A stretch of DNA of 36,615 nt from Patescibacteria group bacterium (GCA_049515915.1 JBEKTP010000008.1:1-36615), one strand, 5' to 3'. Shown: positions 6,946 to 16,870, counted from the stretch's first letter. Program-made: numbers and translations. The notes: generated from the sequence alone by a model not told the origin.

Positions 6946-9903
6946 ATGACCGGTTTTAGTATGGGCATAATTTATCAAGTGATTGTTTACGTGATTGTTA
7001 TCGGAACGCCGATTATTATTATCTCGATGATTTTAAAAGCACGCGAGAATCAGCGTAAAATGAGATGGGCCTCGGGAATGAAATTTACCACCTTGCGAAT
7101 TTTAGTTCCGAAAAATAATGAAAAAACCCCGCTGGCCGCTGAGCAAATGTTCGCGGCGCTTCACGGCATCTATCGTCCCGAAAAGTCATATCAGGACTAT
7201 TTATCTTTTGAAATTGCATCGAAAGATAAATATATCCAGTTTTATGCTCACGTGCCTATTGAGATGAAAGATTTTGTGGAAGGCCAAATTTATTCTCAGT
7301 ATCCGACCGCCGAGATTGCGGAAGTTGATGATTACACGACTGAAGAAATTGCCAACATCGAAGCTCGGAAGCTAAAATTTGTGGGAACGGAACTTAAACT
7401 GACTAAGCTCGATGTTTATCCGATTAAAACATTTCTTAATTTTGAAGTCGACCCTTTGGCCTCGATTACCGGTGTTTTATCGAAAGTGGATAAAGGTGAA
7501 GAAATCTGGCTCCAAGTTTTAGTCAAACCGGTTGGTGATAATTGGCAAGATAGAGGGGTCTCACACGTTAGAAATGTTAAATCTGGCTATGTCAATCAAG
7601 CGGGTATAATCGAAGGTCTCTTTGGCCATTTTGTTAAAATCATTGGTCAGATATTTAGCGCCATTTTGAGCGGGGTAGAGGCGGAAGGCAAAGAAGCAAA
7701 AAAAGAAGAAAAAAAAGAGGAAGCGAAACTTTCAGGTACGGTTGAAACAGCGCTTAAAGGCGTCGAAACAAAAATTACGAAGTTGGGATTTGAAACAAAG
7801 ATCAGAATTATGGCTCTGGCCCCGGACGAAAATATCGCCCGTGCCAAATTAACTTCGGCAGTCGCGGCTTTTAAACAATTTAATGTTTTAAATATTAATG
7901 GTTTTCAAGCTGGCCCGGTTACCGACTCTCTAAGTTTTTATAACCAATATCGTTGGCGACTCTTTATGGAACCCGGTTATATATTTAACATCGAAGAACT
8001 AGCTTCAATTTTTCATTTACCAAATGTTTCGGTTGAAACACCGAGTATTGTGTGGGCGGGCTCAAAGAAAGGTGAACCGCCCGCTGATTTGCCAATCGAG
8101 GAAAATGTGGCCGAAGATCAACTGACTATATTTGCTAAAACTGATTTCCGACACATTGAACGTAAATTTGGCATTAAAATTCCCGATCGGCGTTATCATA
8201 TGTACGCGATTGGAAAAACCGGTACTGGTAAATCGACTCTCTTGGAAAATATGGTCATTGATGACATGCAAGAAGGCCGTGGTCTAGCGGTGGTTGATCC
8301 CCATGGCGATCTCATCGAACATCTCATGCATTATGTTCCCGACGAACGAATTAAAGACGTGGTGGTTTTTTCACCGGCTGACCGTCTTTATCCGGTTGGT
8401 TTTAATTTGCTTGAAAATGTTGATCCCGAGTTGAAAAATATTGTTGCCTCTGGCGTGGTCGGTATCTTTAAAAAAATTTTTGGTGAGTCCTGGGGGCCCC
8501 GATTAGAATACATCTTGCGTAATACAATCCTGGCTTTACTTGATTATCCCGACGCCACTATGCTTGGCATTACAAAAATTTTAGTTGATCAAGATTTTCG
8601 TAACCGTGTCGTGGAAAAAATTCAGGATCCGGTCATTAAAGATTTTTTCGTCAGCGAGTATGAGAAATATGACCCGAAATTCAGGACCGAGGCAATTGCG
8701 CCGATTCAAAATAAAGTCGGTCAATTTTTGTCTTCGACGACGATTCGTAATATTATTGGTCAACCGAAATCAACAATTAATATTGAAGATATTATGAACA
8801 CCGGCAAAATTCTTTTTTTGGACCTTTCGATTGGTGAAATCGGCGAAGACTCATCCGCTTTGCTTGGTGCCATGATGATTACTAAAATCCAACTGGCGGC
8901 GATGCGGCGTGCCATTCTTCCCGAAGAAGAACGCCGCGACTTTTATCTTTATGTTGACGAGTTTCAAAACTTCGCGACGGAATCTTTTGCCACTATTCTT
9001 TCGGAAGCCCGTAAATATCATCTTAATTTAATTATGACCAATCAATATACAGCTCAAGTTCCTGAAGAAGTAATGGCTGCTGTTTTAGGTAACATTGGAA
9101 CTTTAATTAGTTTTCGCGTGGGCGCACCAGATGCCGCGGCCCTTAAACAAGAATATGCGCCGGTTTTCGAAGAGGTTGATTTGGTTAATCTGGATAATTA
9201 TCATATCTACGTTAAAATGTCGGTTGATGGTGTTACTTCACCTGCTTTTTCGGCGACTACCTTGCCGCCGGAGGCTCACAAAAATAATAATTATGAAACG
9301 ATCATCGAACATTCGCGGGCTAACTATTCTCAGCGCCGGGATTATATTGAACAAAAGATCGCTTCGCTTTCGGAAATGCCTAAACTTGATGAGATTTTAA
9401 CTCGCGCTCAAAAAAATAAAATTCCTAAATTACCGCCTAAGATAGGGGAGACCTATTATCGTGAGATTCAAACGCCGGGCGATGTCCGCTGGTATTTTGG
9501 TGGGGGGACTGAGGATGCGCCATTAACCCAAGAAGTTATTCAAACTAAAATAGAACAAGCCAGAGAAGATAGTGATCGGATGGGTCAACCGGCTTGGATG
9601 GAAGAACGCATTAGGGCACTGGAACCAAAAGGGGAGAGCGGGAAGGAGCGGGCTCCGGTTGCAACTGAAAAACCCAGACAAGTTGAGCCGGTGTCAACCG
9701 TACAATCTACTGAACCTTCCAAACTCCACGATTTAGAATTAGAAGATGACAAAAATAAAATGATGGCACATATTTCCAAGCATAGAGAACAACATATTGA
9801 GGAAAGTGTTTCGGCGACGTCATCGCATCATAATACTAGTGCTCACCACGACCGATTAGATTTAGAGACGCTGGAGGACGGTCAGACGGTTAAATTTGAA
9901 TGA
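6946..9903 (+). CDS. Membrane-anchored VirD4/TraG/HerA-like P-loop ATPase (copy 2) with C-terminal extension
   Basis: N-terminal TM; GKTGTGKST; VVDPHGD; WGPRLEYILRN; YLYVDEFQNF; LSEARKY; ~200-aa charged and His-rich tail. Confidence 0.9.
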   Translation: MTGFSMGIIYQVIVYVIVIGTPIIIISMILKARENQRKMRWASGMKFTTLRILVPKNNEKTPLAAEQMFAALHGIYRPEKSYQDYLSFEIASKDKYIQFYAHVPIEMKDFVEGQIYSQYPTAEIAEVDDYTTEEIANIEARKLKFVGTELKLTKLDVYPIKTFLNFEVDPLASITGVLSKVDKGEEIWLQVLVKPVGDNWQDRGVSHVRNVKSGYVNQAGIIEGLFGHFVKIIGQIFSAILSGVEAEGKEAKKEEKKEEAKLSGTVETALKGVETKITKLGFETKIRIMALAPDENIARAKLTSAVAAFKQFNVLNINGFQAGPVTDSLSFYNQYRWRLFMEPGYIFNIEELASIFHLPNVSVETPSIVWAGSKKGEPPADLPIEENVAEDQLTIFAKTDFRHIERKFGIKIPDRRYHMYAIGKTGTGKSTLLENMVIDDMQEGRGLAVVDPHGDLIEHLMHYVPDERIKDVVVFSPADRLYPVGFNLLENVDPELKNIVASGVVGIFKKIFGESWGPRLEYILRNTILALLDYPDATMLGITKILVDQDFRNRVVEKIQDPVIKDFFVSEYEKYDPKFRTEAIAPIQNKVGQFLSSTTIRNIIGQPKSTINIEDIMNTGKILFLDLSIGEIGEDSSALLGAMMITKIQLAAMRRAILPEEERRDFYLYVDEFQNFATESFATILSEARKYHLNLIMTNQYTAQVPEEVMAAVLGNIGTLISFRVGAPDAAALKQEYAPVFEEVDLVNLDNYHIYVKMSVDGVTSPAFSATTLPPEAHKNNNYETIIEHSRANYSQRRDYIEQKIASLSEMPKLDEILTRAQKNKIPKLPPKIGETYYREIQTPGDVRWYFGGGTEDAPLTQEVIQTKIEQAREDSDRMGQPAWMEERIRALEPKGESGKERAPVATEKPRQVEPVSTVQSTEPSKLHDLELEDDKNKMMAHISKHREQHIEESVSATSSHHNTSAHHDRLDLETLEDGQTVKFE

Positions 9904-9910
9904 GGTAGCG

Positions 9911-10654
9911 ATGAAAATTGCTTGCGATAAATGCTTTAAATCATATAATGATCTCGAAAAACGGAACTGTGGTTGCGGTGGAATCATTAAACCATTAAGA
10001 GCTAAAACGAGTGAGATCTATTGGACGGACGAACGGCTTGCGGATAATTTTCTAAGATTTCAAAAAGAAAACGGACATTTTCCTTCAGCGCATGAAGTAG
10101 ATCATTGCCCATATTTACCAGCTTCTAGATCAATCCAGCGTCGGTTTGGTGGTCTTATTAGATTTCGCGGAAAATATAATTTGGGTGAAGTTGATTTATC
10201 GAGAGGGGAGTATCGCTCGGTTGTTGTAAAGAATCTTAATGTGATCTCGAAGGATAACGAAAATCTGTTTTACAAAAAGCTTAAAAAAATTTTTGCAGAT
10301 GTTTGTATCCATCGTGAAAAGCCTATATCTGATAATTATAAGATGCGTTATGATTTTTATATCTATGTTAAACCTAATAATTTTGGTATCGACGTGTTTT
10401 ACCCTAACGGACCCAAAAATTTGATGGGATGCATCAATATAAAACAGTCTAAGCTAACCAATTTAAAGTCAAAAGAACTTCTATACATTGTTTGCTTAAA
10501 CCATCAAATTGCTCAGGTCCAAATTGACGATTTAATAAAAAACAAAAAAAACCAGCTGCAAAGCAATGTTATTGTACTATCAGAAGATACCTTTTGGAAT
10601 AGATTAAGCCGTTCGTTGTCTGAGCACGAGATAACGAAACTTAAAGTTGTTTAA
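9911..10654 (+). CDS. Putative DNA-binding endonuclease (Zn ribbon, homing-endonuclease-associated helical repeat, PD-(D/E)xK-like domain)
   Basis: CDKC..CGC at the N-terminus; WTDERL..F..ENGHFPS...PA.RSIQRRFGG resembles the homing-endonuclease-associated repeat; RYDFYIY...GIDVF is a nuclease-like core; GAGGT SD before ATG 9911. Confidence 0.55.
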   Translation: MKIACDKCFKSYNDLEKRNCGCGGIIKPLRAKTSEIYWTDERLADNFLRFQKENGHFPSAHEVDHCPYLPASRSIQRRFGGLIRFRGKYNLGEVDLSRGEYRSVVVKNLNVISKDNENLFYKKLKKIFADVCIHREKPISDNYKMRYDFYIYVKPNNFGIDVFYPNGPKNLMGCINIKQSKLTNLKSKELLYIVCLNHQIAQVQIDDLIKNKKNQLQSNVIVLSEDTFWNRLSRSLSEHEITKLKVV

Positions 10655-11154
10655 GGGCTTAAACGCCATTTACATCTTGTCGTATATAAATATTTTTTCC
10701 CTATTGGTGGGGGAATGGTTTGAATTTGAGTGATTTGCATTTTTTCAAAATTATTATATTTTTATTTTTCGGAAATGCGAACAGTGATCATCCGTGCCAA
10801 ATAGAGAATATAGTAATAATTATAATTTAATTCTTTCACTTTTGAATTAAATAAATCGTGTTCATATTTGGTTTTTTCTAACCTGTCACGCGTTTTTAAG
10901 TACTATTGGGACGCAAAAGGAAGATTTCACGACCCAATGTTAATTTAATCAGGTGGGTAAATCTAAAAACCGGTTAGAGTAAACTGTTACCTAACCTAAA
11001 TAGAGGCCTTGAGTTTTATTAATAATGGCCTTGTTTTCGGCTATCTATCTATATCTTAAATATTGCTCGTTGGTTTTCCCCTATTTTCCGGGAAACATAA
11101 ACCCAAAAATACATCGAAAATGATGCAATTTAGTACTAAATACACGACCGTGAC

Positions 11155-11163
11155 ATTATATCA
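11155..11163 (-). promoter_or_regulatory. Extended -10 promoter pointing into a gene-free region
   Basis: Minus strand reads TGATATAAT; the 14-bp palindrome ATTTAGTACTAAAT lies just downstream at 11128-11141. Confidence 0.4.
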
Positions 11164-11194
11164 TTTAACCTGTTATTTAAGCCTCTATAAGCCT

Positions 11195-12097
11195 CTAGGA
11201 CGTGACTTTTCGTCTCGCGCGTCTTAACTGCCATGCTTGCCAACTTACCAACAATGGCGATGCATTAAAAATGGATGAATATGTGCCAATCGAGATGCCT
11301 AAAAGTAAGGCGAGCATAAAATGTTTCAACGTTTCACCGCCCAGCAGATAAAGGGCCAGAAGAACAATTAGAACGGTAAAAGATGTGTTTAAAGACCGAT
11401 TAATCGTTTGAAGGATACTATTATTAACATTTGTCTCGAAGTCTAAAGAAGGGGATTTTCGTAGATTTTCCCGAATTCGATCAAAAACGACAATCGTGTC
11501 GTGGACGGAAAAGCCCATAATTGTCAAAAGGGCCGTAATAAAAAGGGAATCAATTTCATAGCCTAAAAAGTGGCCTAAAATGGCAGACATTCCGACTACA
11601 AACGAAAGATCGTGAATTAAAGCCACAATGGCACAAACACCAAATCGCCAAGAGCTGGCTGGTTTTGGAACTTTACGGAAAGCAATGGCGATATAAATAA
11701 TAATTGCCAACGAGGCCAATATCACGGCGATAATCGCCTTTTGTTTTAGATCTGAACTGACGGTCGGTCCGACAGTTTCAAGACGATTTTGGGTGTAATC
11801 CCCTACTTTAGTTAGGTTGTCTTGAACTTTTTGTTGAGCGGCACTGTCGAGAACGGTCGTCTGGATGATGAAATCACTCCCCGATTGTTGGATATTGGCG
11901 TCTTTGACACCCGCGTTACCGAGCGCTTTATTGACTTCGGTTTTGGAAGGACTATTCTTGTATGTAATATCAAGGAGTGTACCTCCTTTAAAATCGATGC
12001 CTGTCGGTAATTTCCAGAAAATTAAAGCTGCTATTCCGGGCAGGATTAAGACGAGTGAGAGGATATACCAAATTCGGCGGCGGCCAATTATATTCAT
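11195..12097 (-). CDS. secF: Protein translocase subunit SecF
   Basis: GIDFKGGT, VGPTVSSDL, ALIHD, GFSVHDTIVVFDRIRENL and GTYSSIF motifs. Confidence 0.97.
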   Translation of the reverse strand: MNIIGRRRIWYILSLVLILPGIAALIFWKLPTGIDFKGGTLLDITYKNSPSKTEVNKALGNAGVKDANIQQSGSDFIIQTTVLDSAAQQKVQDNLTKVGDYTQNRLETVGPTVSSDLKQKAIIAVILASLAIIIYIAIAFRKVPKPASSWRFGVCAIVALIHDLSFVVGMSAILGHFLGYEIDSLFITALLTIMGFSVHDTIVVFDRIRENLRKSPSLDFETNVNNSILQTINRSLNTSFTVLIVLLALYLLGGETLKHFMLALLLGISIGTYSSIFNASPLLVSWQAWQLRRARRKVTS

Positions 12098-13353
12098 TTA
12101 ACCACCAATCTTTTTTCTAAAAACGTGCCAATACCCAGTCTTAAAAAGGTTCGCGTGACCGTGATCGCCGTAAACATGGAAATAATAATACCAAGAGCGA
12201 GCGTGACGGCAAATCCTCTGATTAAGCCGGTCGTCCCGTAGTAAAGAATGGCGGCGGTAATAAGTGAGGAGGAATTAGAGTCTCGGATTGAAGACCAAGC
12301 CCGTTTGAAGCCGTCTTCGATTGCTAAGCCAATCGTCTTACCGGCTGCCAGTTCTTCTTTGGTTCTTTCGAAAATCAAAATATTTGCATCTACGGCCATG
12401 CCAACCGAAAGGATAAAACCAGCGATTCCGGCCAAAGTTAAAGTGACTGGAATGAGTTTAAATAAAGCCAAAACGACTAAAGCGTAGATGAGTAAAGCAA
12501 TTGTGGCCAAGGCGCCAGGCACCTTGTAATACAAAATCATAAATAGAGCGACAAAGAAAAGTCCCACAATACCGGCCATCAAGGATTTTTGCACCGAATC
12601 TGAACCTAAAGTTGCGCCGACACTGGTTTGCTGGACTAAATTAATCGGAACCGGCAAAGCGCCGGCATTTAATTCGATCGAGAGCTGTCTCGCTTCGCTG
12701 ATGGTGAATTGTCCGGTGATAACCGCCTGACCGTCAGTAATGGCCGTCTGGACTGTTGGCGCGGAAATAATTTCATTATCTAAAACAATCGCCACTTGTT
12801 TTTGCAAATCGCGCTGGGTGATGTCCGCAAACTTTTTGGTGCCGTCTCCATTAAATTGAATCGATACTTCCGGCTCCCCGGTATTTTTGTCAAACTCCAC
12901 CGTGGCGCTTTTAAGATCGGCGCCGGTCAAGCCGGTGTCTTGCCATTGACTATTTGAGCTCTGATCCTGGAATTTAAGCTGGGCCGTTTTGCCAATTAGA
13001 TTAATAGCGTCATTAACATTTGTTATCCCTGGTAACTGAACAATAACCGCTTGATTACTGCCAATTTTAGCCGACTGGATGACCGGTTCGGATACACCTA
13101 AACTATTAACTCTTCGTTCAATCACGTTAATAACGGACTGAGCGGCTGCACTAACATCTTTCGAATTGATTTTAGAAGTATCCAGCTGATAAACCAACTG
13201 TACACCGCCCTGGAGATCAAGACCTTCGTGGACTTTAATTTCGCGTTGAAAGCTGCCAATCGAAATATTAGGCCCGGTTGGCCAATCAACGAGACCAGCT
13301 AATATTACAATAACTATAATTATGCCAAATAAAATCCAAAGATTTCGTCGCAA
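12094..13353 (-). CDS. secD: Protein translocase subunit SecD
   Basis: GLDLQGG, ERRVNSLGVSEP, GALPVP and GMAVDANILIFER motifs. Confidence 0.97.
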   Translation of the reverse strand: MRRNLWILFGIIIVIVILAGLVDWPTGPNISIGSFQREIKVHEGLDLQGGVQLVYQLDTSKINSKDVSAAAQSVINVIERRVNSLGVSEPVIQSAKIGSNQAVIVQLPGITNVNDAINLIGKTAQLKFQDQSSNSQWQDTGLTGADLKSATVEFDKNTGEPEVSIQFNGDGTKKFADITQRDLQKQVAIVLDNEIISAPTVQTAITDGQAVITGQFTISEARQLSIELNAGALPVPINLVQQTSVGATLGSDSVQKSLMAGIVGLFFVALFMILYYKVPGALATIALLIYALVVLALFKLIPVTLTLAGIAGFILSVGMAVDANILIFERTKEELAAGKTIGLAIEDGFKRAWSSIRDSNSSSLITAAILYYGTTGLIRGFAVTLALGIIISMFTAITVTRTFLRLGIGTFLEKRLVVK

Positions 13354-13362
13354 AATGTTCTC

Positions 13363-14439
13363 CTACAGATGGTGCTCTTCTTTTGATTCTTTGATTTTTT
13401 CGATCAGTTTTTTGATATCTTGGGCTTTTGACTTATTGCAAACGAGCGTTACATCGGGGGTATCGACAATAACGATATTTTCTAAACCTACCGTGGCTAA
13501 CAATTTATCTTGAGCGTAAACTAGGCAATTTTTATCATCAACACCAATATGGTTTCCTTGTGAAATAGTGTGGTTACCGCTTTTTTGCGCTAGTAAATCG
13601 TATAAAGTTGACCAGGAGCCGATATCAGACCAGCCTAAGTCGGCCGGCACGACGGCAATATCGTCAACTTTTTCGGCGATGGCCGTATCAATCGGTTCTT
13701 TAGGCATTTCGCGATAGATTCTGTCGATTTTGTTTTGAGTACCTGGCTTACCCAATACGTTCAAAATCTTTTCGGTTGCTTTATAAATTTCAGGAGAGTA
13801 TTTTTCATACATTTCGAGCAGTTTATCGGCGCGCCAGATGAAGTAACTGGCATTCCATAAGTACTTGCCAGACTTTAGATACTGTTTGGCCTTAATAATA
13901 TTTGGTTTTTCGACAAATTGATCAACGCGATAAACAGCGGAATGCTCGAATTTACGCCCGACTTTGATGTAGCCAAGACTAGTATCTGGTTTATCAGGTT
14001 TAATGCCCACCGTGGTAAAGTAAGCGGGATTTTTAGCCACGAAAGAAAAAGCGTGTTTAACCGCTTCTTTGAAGTTATTAAGTTTATTAATGACGTGATC
14101 CGAGGCTAAGGTAATCACAATGCCGCGCGGATCACACTTGTAAATTGTTGCCGCGATCAAAGCGATCGACGGCGCGGTATTTTTTCCTTCAGGTTCAACA
14201 ATAAAATTTTCCACTGGAATTTCGGGAAGTTGTTTTTGAGAAGTCTTAAGGATAGAATTAACGAGCGAAACATAAATATGATCAGCTGGCACTAAGTCTT
14301 TAATACGATTGTATGTTTCTTGAATTAAGGATTTATCATTGCCAAACGAGTGGAGTTGTTTAGGCAGATTAGTGCGGGAAATCGGCCATAATCTTGTACC
14401 TGAACCGCCAGCCATAATTACAATATAGTAGTTTTGCAT
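13363..14439 (-). CDS. manC: Mannose-1-phosphate guanylyltransferase (no cupin/PMI domain)
   Basis: IMAGGSGTRLWPISR..PKQ, EPEGKNTAP, SDH, FVEKP and GWSDIGSW motifs. Confidence 0.9.
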   Translation of the reverse strand: MQNYYIVIMAGGSGTRLWPISRTNLPKQLHSFGNDKSLIQETYNRIKDLVPADHIYVSLVNSILKTSQKQLPEIPVENFIVEPEGKNTAPSIALIAATIYKCDPRGIVITLASDHVINKLNNFKEAVKHAFSFVAKNPAYFTTVGIKPDKPDTSLGYIKVGRKFEHSAVYRVDQFVEKPNIIKAKQYLKSGKYLWNASYFIWRADKLLEMYEKYSPEIYKATEKILNVLGKPGTQNKIDRIYREMPKEPIDTAIAEKVDDIAVVPADLGWSDIGSWSTLYDLLAQKSGNHTISQGNHIGVDDKNCLVYAQDKLLATVGLENIVIVDTPDVTLVCNKSKAQDIKKLIEKIKESKEEHHL

Positions 14440-14445
14440 ACTTCT

Positions 14446-14474
14446 ATTTTAACCTTTTAATTCAGTTGGGTCAA
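14446..14474 (-). promoter_or_regulatory. Sigma70-type promoter positioned for a leaderless manC-secD-secF transcript
   Basis: TTGACC, 17 bp, TAAAAT; only 6 nt separate the -10 box from the ATG and there is no SD. Confidence 0.6.
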
Positions 14475-14486
14475 GAAATATGAGTG

Positions 14487-14978
14487 CTATGTCTTTTTGC
14501 GCCACTTATTTATTTTATGTCCGCGCAAAATTTTGTCAGCCATCAATAATTCTTCATGAATTCCTTCAATCATGGGATATTTTTTAGCTTGTCGCGATGT
14601 TACCCATACATATTCAGTGAGATCTTGACAAAGATTTACTTTTCCCGAAGCATAATCGGCTAAAAAACTTAAGGTGACGGTTGGAATTTTATCGGGACGA
14701 ATAAAAACTAAATCGCAAATGTACCGAATATTTTTAATTTTTAAACCGACTTCTTCCACTACCTCTCGCTCTAGTAGAATTTGTGAGATATTATACCACT
14801 GGTTTTTTGTGCTTTTAGGAAGCTTAATGTAATCGTTTAATTCAAGTTTTCCACCTGGTACCGTCCATTTATTCGGAAAATTTTTTTCATTTGGTCCACG
14901 TTTAGCGATTAAATATTTATCATCTTTAACAATGATAGCGGTGGCCACAATGTAATGAGCCTTATTTTTATCGTACAT
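14487..14978 (-). CDS. NUDIX hydrolase
   Basis: WTVPGGKLE...LEREVVEEVGL Nudix box with an insertion. Confidence 0.85.
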   Translation of the reverse strand: MYDKNKAHYIVATAIIVKDDKYLIAKRGPNEKNFPNKWTVPGGKLELNDYIKLPKSTKNQWYNISQILLEREVVEEVGLKIKNIRYICDLVFIRPDKIPTVTLSFLADYASGKVNLCQDLTEYVWVTSRQAKKYPMIEGIHEELLMADKILRGHKINKWRKKT

Positions 14979-15573
14979 TTAGATCATTTCCGAAAAGTTT
15001 TTTTGCTTTTGTTTCGGCAGTTAATTTTTTATAGATAGAAAGAATTTTTTTATCGAAAGATAAATACGGAATCTTAATATCATATGCCATTTTTTCTGTG
15101 ATGTGATATTTTTTCCATGCCTTACCTTTTGATAATATGTTTTGGATTATCGGGAGCAGTTTATCAAATGATTGGGTAAAAATGGCTTCTCGGGTCTTTC
15201 GCTCCTCGAATTCTTCCATTAAATTGAAGAACTCTTTTTGAAGATCGCGCGGCAACATTCCAAATAGTTTTTTAGCTGCCTTATACTCCCGATCTTTTTT
15301 CGTCCGTTTTCCCTCTTCGTCAAAAGTGAAAGTGTCGCCAGCATAAATTTCAACTAGATCATGGATTAAAGCCATTTTAAGCATTTTTTTGATATTTAGA
15401 TTAGGGAAATCATTTTCGAAGAGCAAGACAAACATAGCAACATGCCAAGAGTGTTCCGCGTCATTTTCATATCTTTTTTGATCTGACAAATAAACTTTTC
15501 GATCAATAAACTTTAATTTCTCAATTTCTTTTAGAAAATCGAGAAGCTTGTCAGTCCGCGTTTTTGTTTTCAT
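14968..15573 (-). CDS. HD-domain hydrolase (YfbR/HDDC2-like 5'-deoxynucleotidase)
   Basis: ENDAEHSWH, ALIHDLVEIYAGD and DK motifs. Confidence 0.88.
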   Translation of the reverse strand: MKTKTRTDKLLDFLKEIEKLKFIDRKVYLSDQKRYENDAEHSWHVAMFVLLFENDFPNLNIKKMLKMALIHDLVEIYAGDTFTFDEEGKRTKKDREYKAAKKLFGMLPRDLQKEFFNLMEEFEERKTREAIFTQSFDKLLPIIQNILSKGKAWKKYHITEKMAYDIKIPYLSFDKKILSIYKKLTAETKAKKLFGNDLNVR

Positions 15574-16133
15574 CTACTCAGTTCTTTCTTAATGATTTTT
15601 TCAATTTCAGACATCGCTTTTTCTGGGTTGCCTTCGGGATTTACGACTGAATAATGATATTCTTTTTCGTACGACAGTTCATTTTTGGCGATTTTGAGAC
15701 GCTCATTGATTTGTTCTGGAGTATTTTGTCCACGTTCGATTAGTCTTTGTTCAATTTTTTTAATATCTGATTTAATAAAAATCAAAACGACATCAGGATA
15801 AATATTTTTGTACTTCAGCGCACCATTTATTTCTATTTCTTTTATAACATTACAGCCTTTTTTTAATGCGTTATTAATTTCCGATTTTGACGAACCGTAC
15901 CAATTTCCATTGTAAAAATTTGATTCCAATATCTCCCCTTCTTTTTCTAACTTATTAAATTTTTTTTCATCAACGAAAATATAATGTCTTTCGAGTTTAT
16001 CCGAATCTCGTTTTTGTCTGGTTGTATAACTCTTAGACCAATGTAGATTTAGTTGCGGTTTATTGAGTAAACCATTAACGACAGTTCCTTTTCCTACTCC
16101 CGAAGGCCCGGAAATGACAAAAATTTTATTCAT
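15570..16133 (-). CDS. gmk: Guanylate kinase
   Basis: SGPSGVGKGTV, SYTTR and GNWYGS motifs. Confidence 0.92.
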   Translation of the reverse strand: MNKIFVISGPSGVGKGTVVNGLLNKPQLNLHWSKSYTTRQKRDSDKLERHYIFVDEKKFNKLEKEGEILESNFYNGNWYGSSKSEINNALKKGCNVIKEIEINGALKYKNIYPDVVLIFIKSDIKKIEQRLIERGQNTPEQINERLKIAKNELSYEKEYHYSVVNPEGNPEKAMSEIEKIIKKELSR

Positions 16134-16870
16134 TGTAACCTTGTAATAATTTTATTTAAATCTTCTGGCAGAGGTGACTCAAGATCGATTATCTTATTAT
16201 TAAATGGGTTTTTAAAAGATAATTTGTAAGCGTGAAGAAACTGGCGATTGAGACCCAATGCTTTAGAAACGCGCCGGCTATGCTTAATGTTATAGGTTTG
16301 ATCACCAATTAAAGGATGACCGATCGATTTAAAGTGAACGCGAATTTGATGCATTCGTCCGGTATCTAAAATGGCTTCAATAAGAGTGAGATCGTAAGCG
16401 TTTTTACCGACTTTACATCGAAATGTTTTCAGGACGCGATAGTGAGTTTTAGCCTCGCGGACTTTGCCAGGCTCGAAATCAAAATGAATTTCTTTGGCTA
16501 TCTGTTTTCTTCGTGCATGGGGGTCGCGACCAATCAAACCGCTAATTTCCCCTTTCTCTTTTTCTAATTTTCCAAAAACTAAAGCCAAATATTTTTTAGT
16601 TACTTTTTTGGTTTGAAAAAGATTTTGTAATTTACCAAGTACTCGTGGATTTTTGGCCAAAATAATCAAGCCGGAAGTGTCTTTGTCCAGGCGGTGAATA
16701 ATGCCTGGCCGCTTCAAATCGGGCCAAGAAAACTTAGTGGTTTCTGGATAGTTTTGAGTAAACCAACCTGTTAATGTCTCACTGTGCTCCCCTGCTCCAG
16801 GATGAACAACAAGCCCGGCCGGTTTATCAACAATAATTATATTTTCGTCTTCAAAGAGTTTTGGGATCAT
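16130..16870 (-). CDS. RluA/RluD-family pseudouridine synthase (no S4 domain)
   Basis: DKPAGLVVHP, HRLDKDTSG, TGRMHQIRVH and LHAYKL motifs; ATG 16870 (MIPKLFED). Confidence 0.93.
   Translation of the reverse strand: MIPKLFEDENIIIVDKPAGLVVHPGAGEHSETLTGWFTQNYPETTKFSWPDLKRPGIIHRLDKDTSGLIILAKNPRVLGKLQNLFQTKKVTKKYLALVFGKLEKEKGEISGLIGRDPHARRKQIAKEIHFDFEPGKVREAKTHYRVLKTFRCKVGKNAYDLTLIEAILDTGRMHQIRVHFKSIGHPLIGDQTYNIKHSRRVSKALGLNRQFLHAYKLSFKNPFNNKIIDLESPLPEDLNKIITRLQ

Noticed and set aside
3807-9903. Integrative conjugative element
   Set aside because: No integrase, relaxase, VirB core genes or att repeats; composition looks like the housekeeping genes.
10655-11194. Possible oriC, dif site or CRISPR array in the long intergenic gap
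   Set aside because: I found no TTATCCACA-type box cluster, no convincing XerC/XerD arms and no regularly spaced direct repeats.
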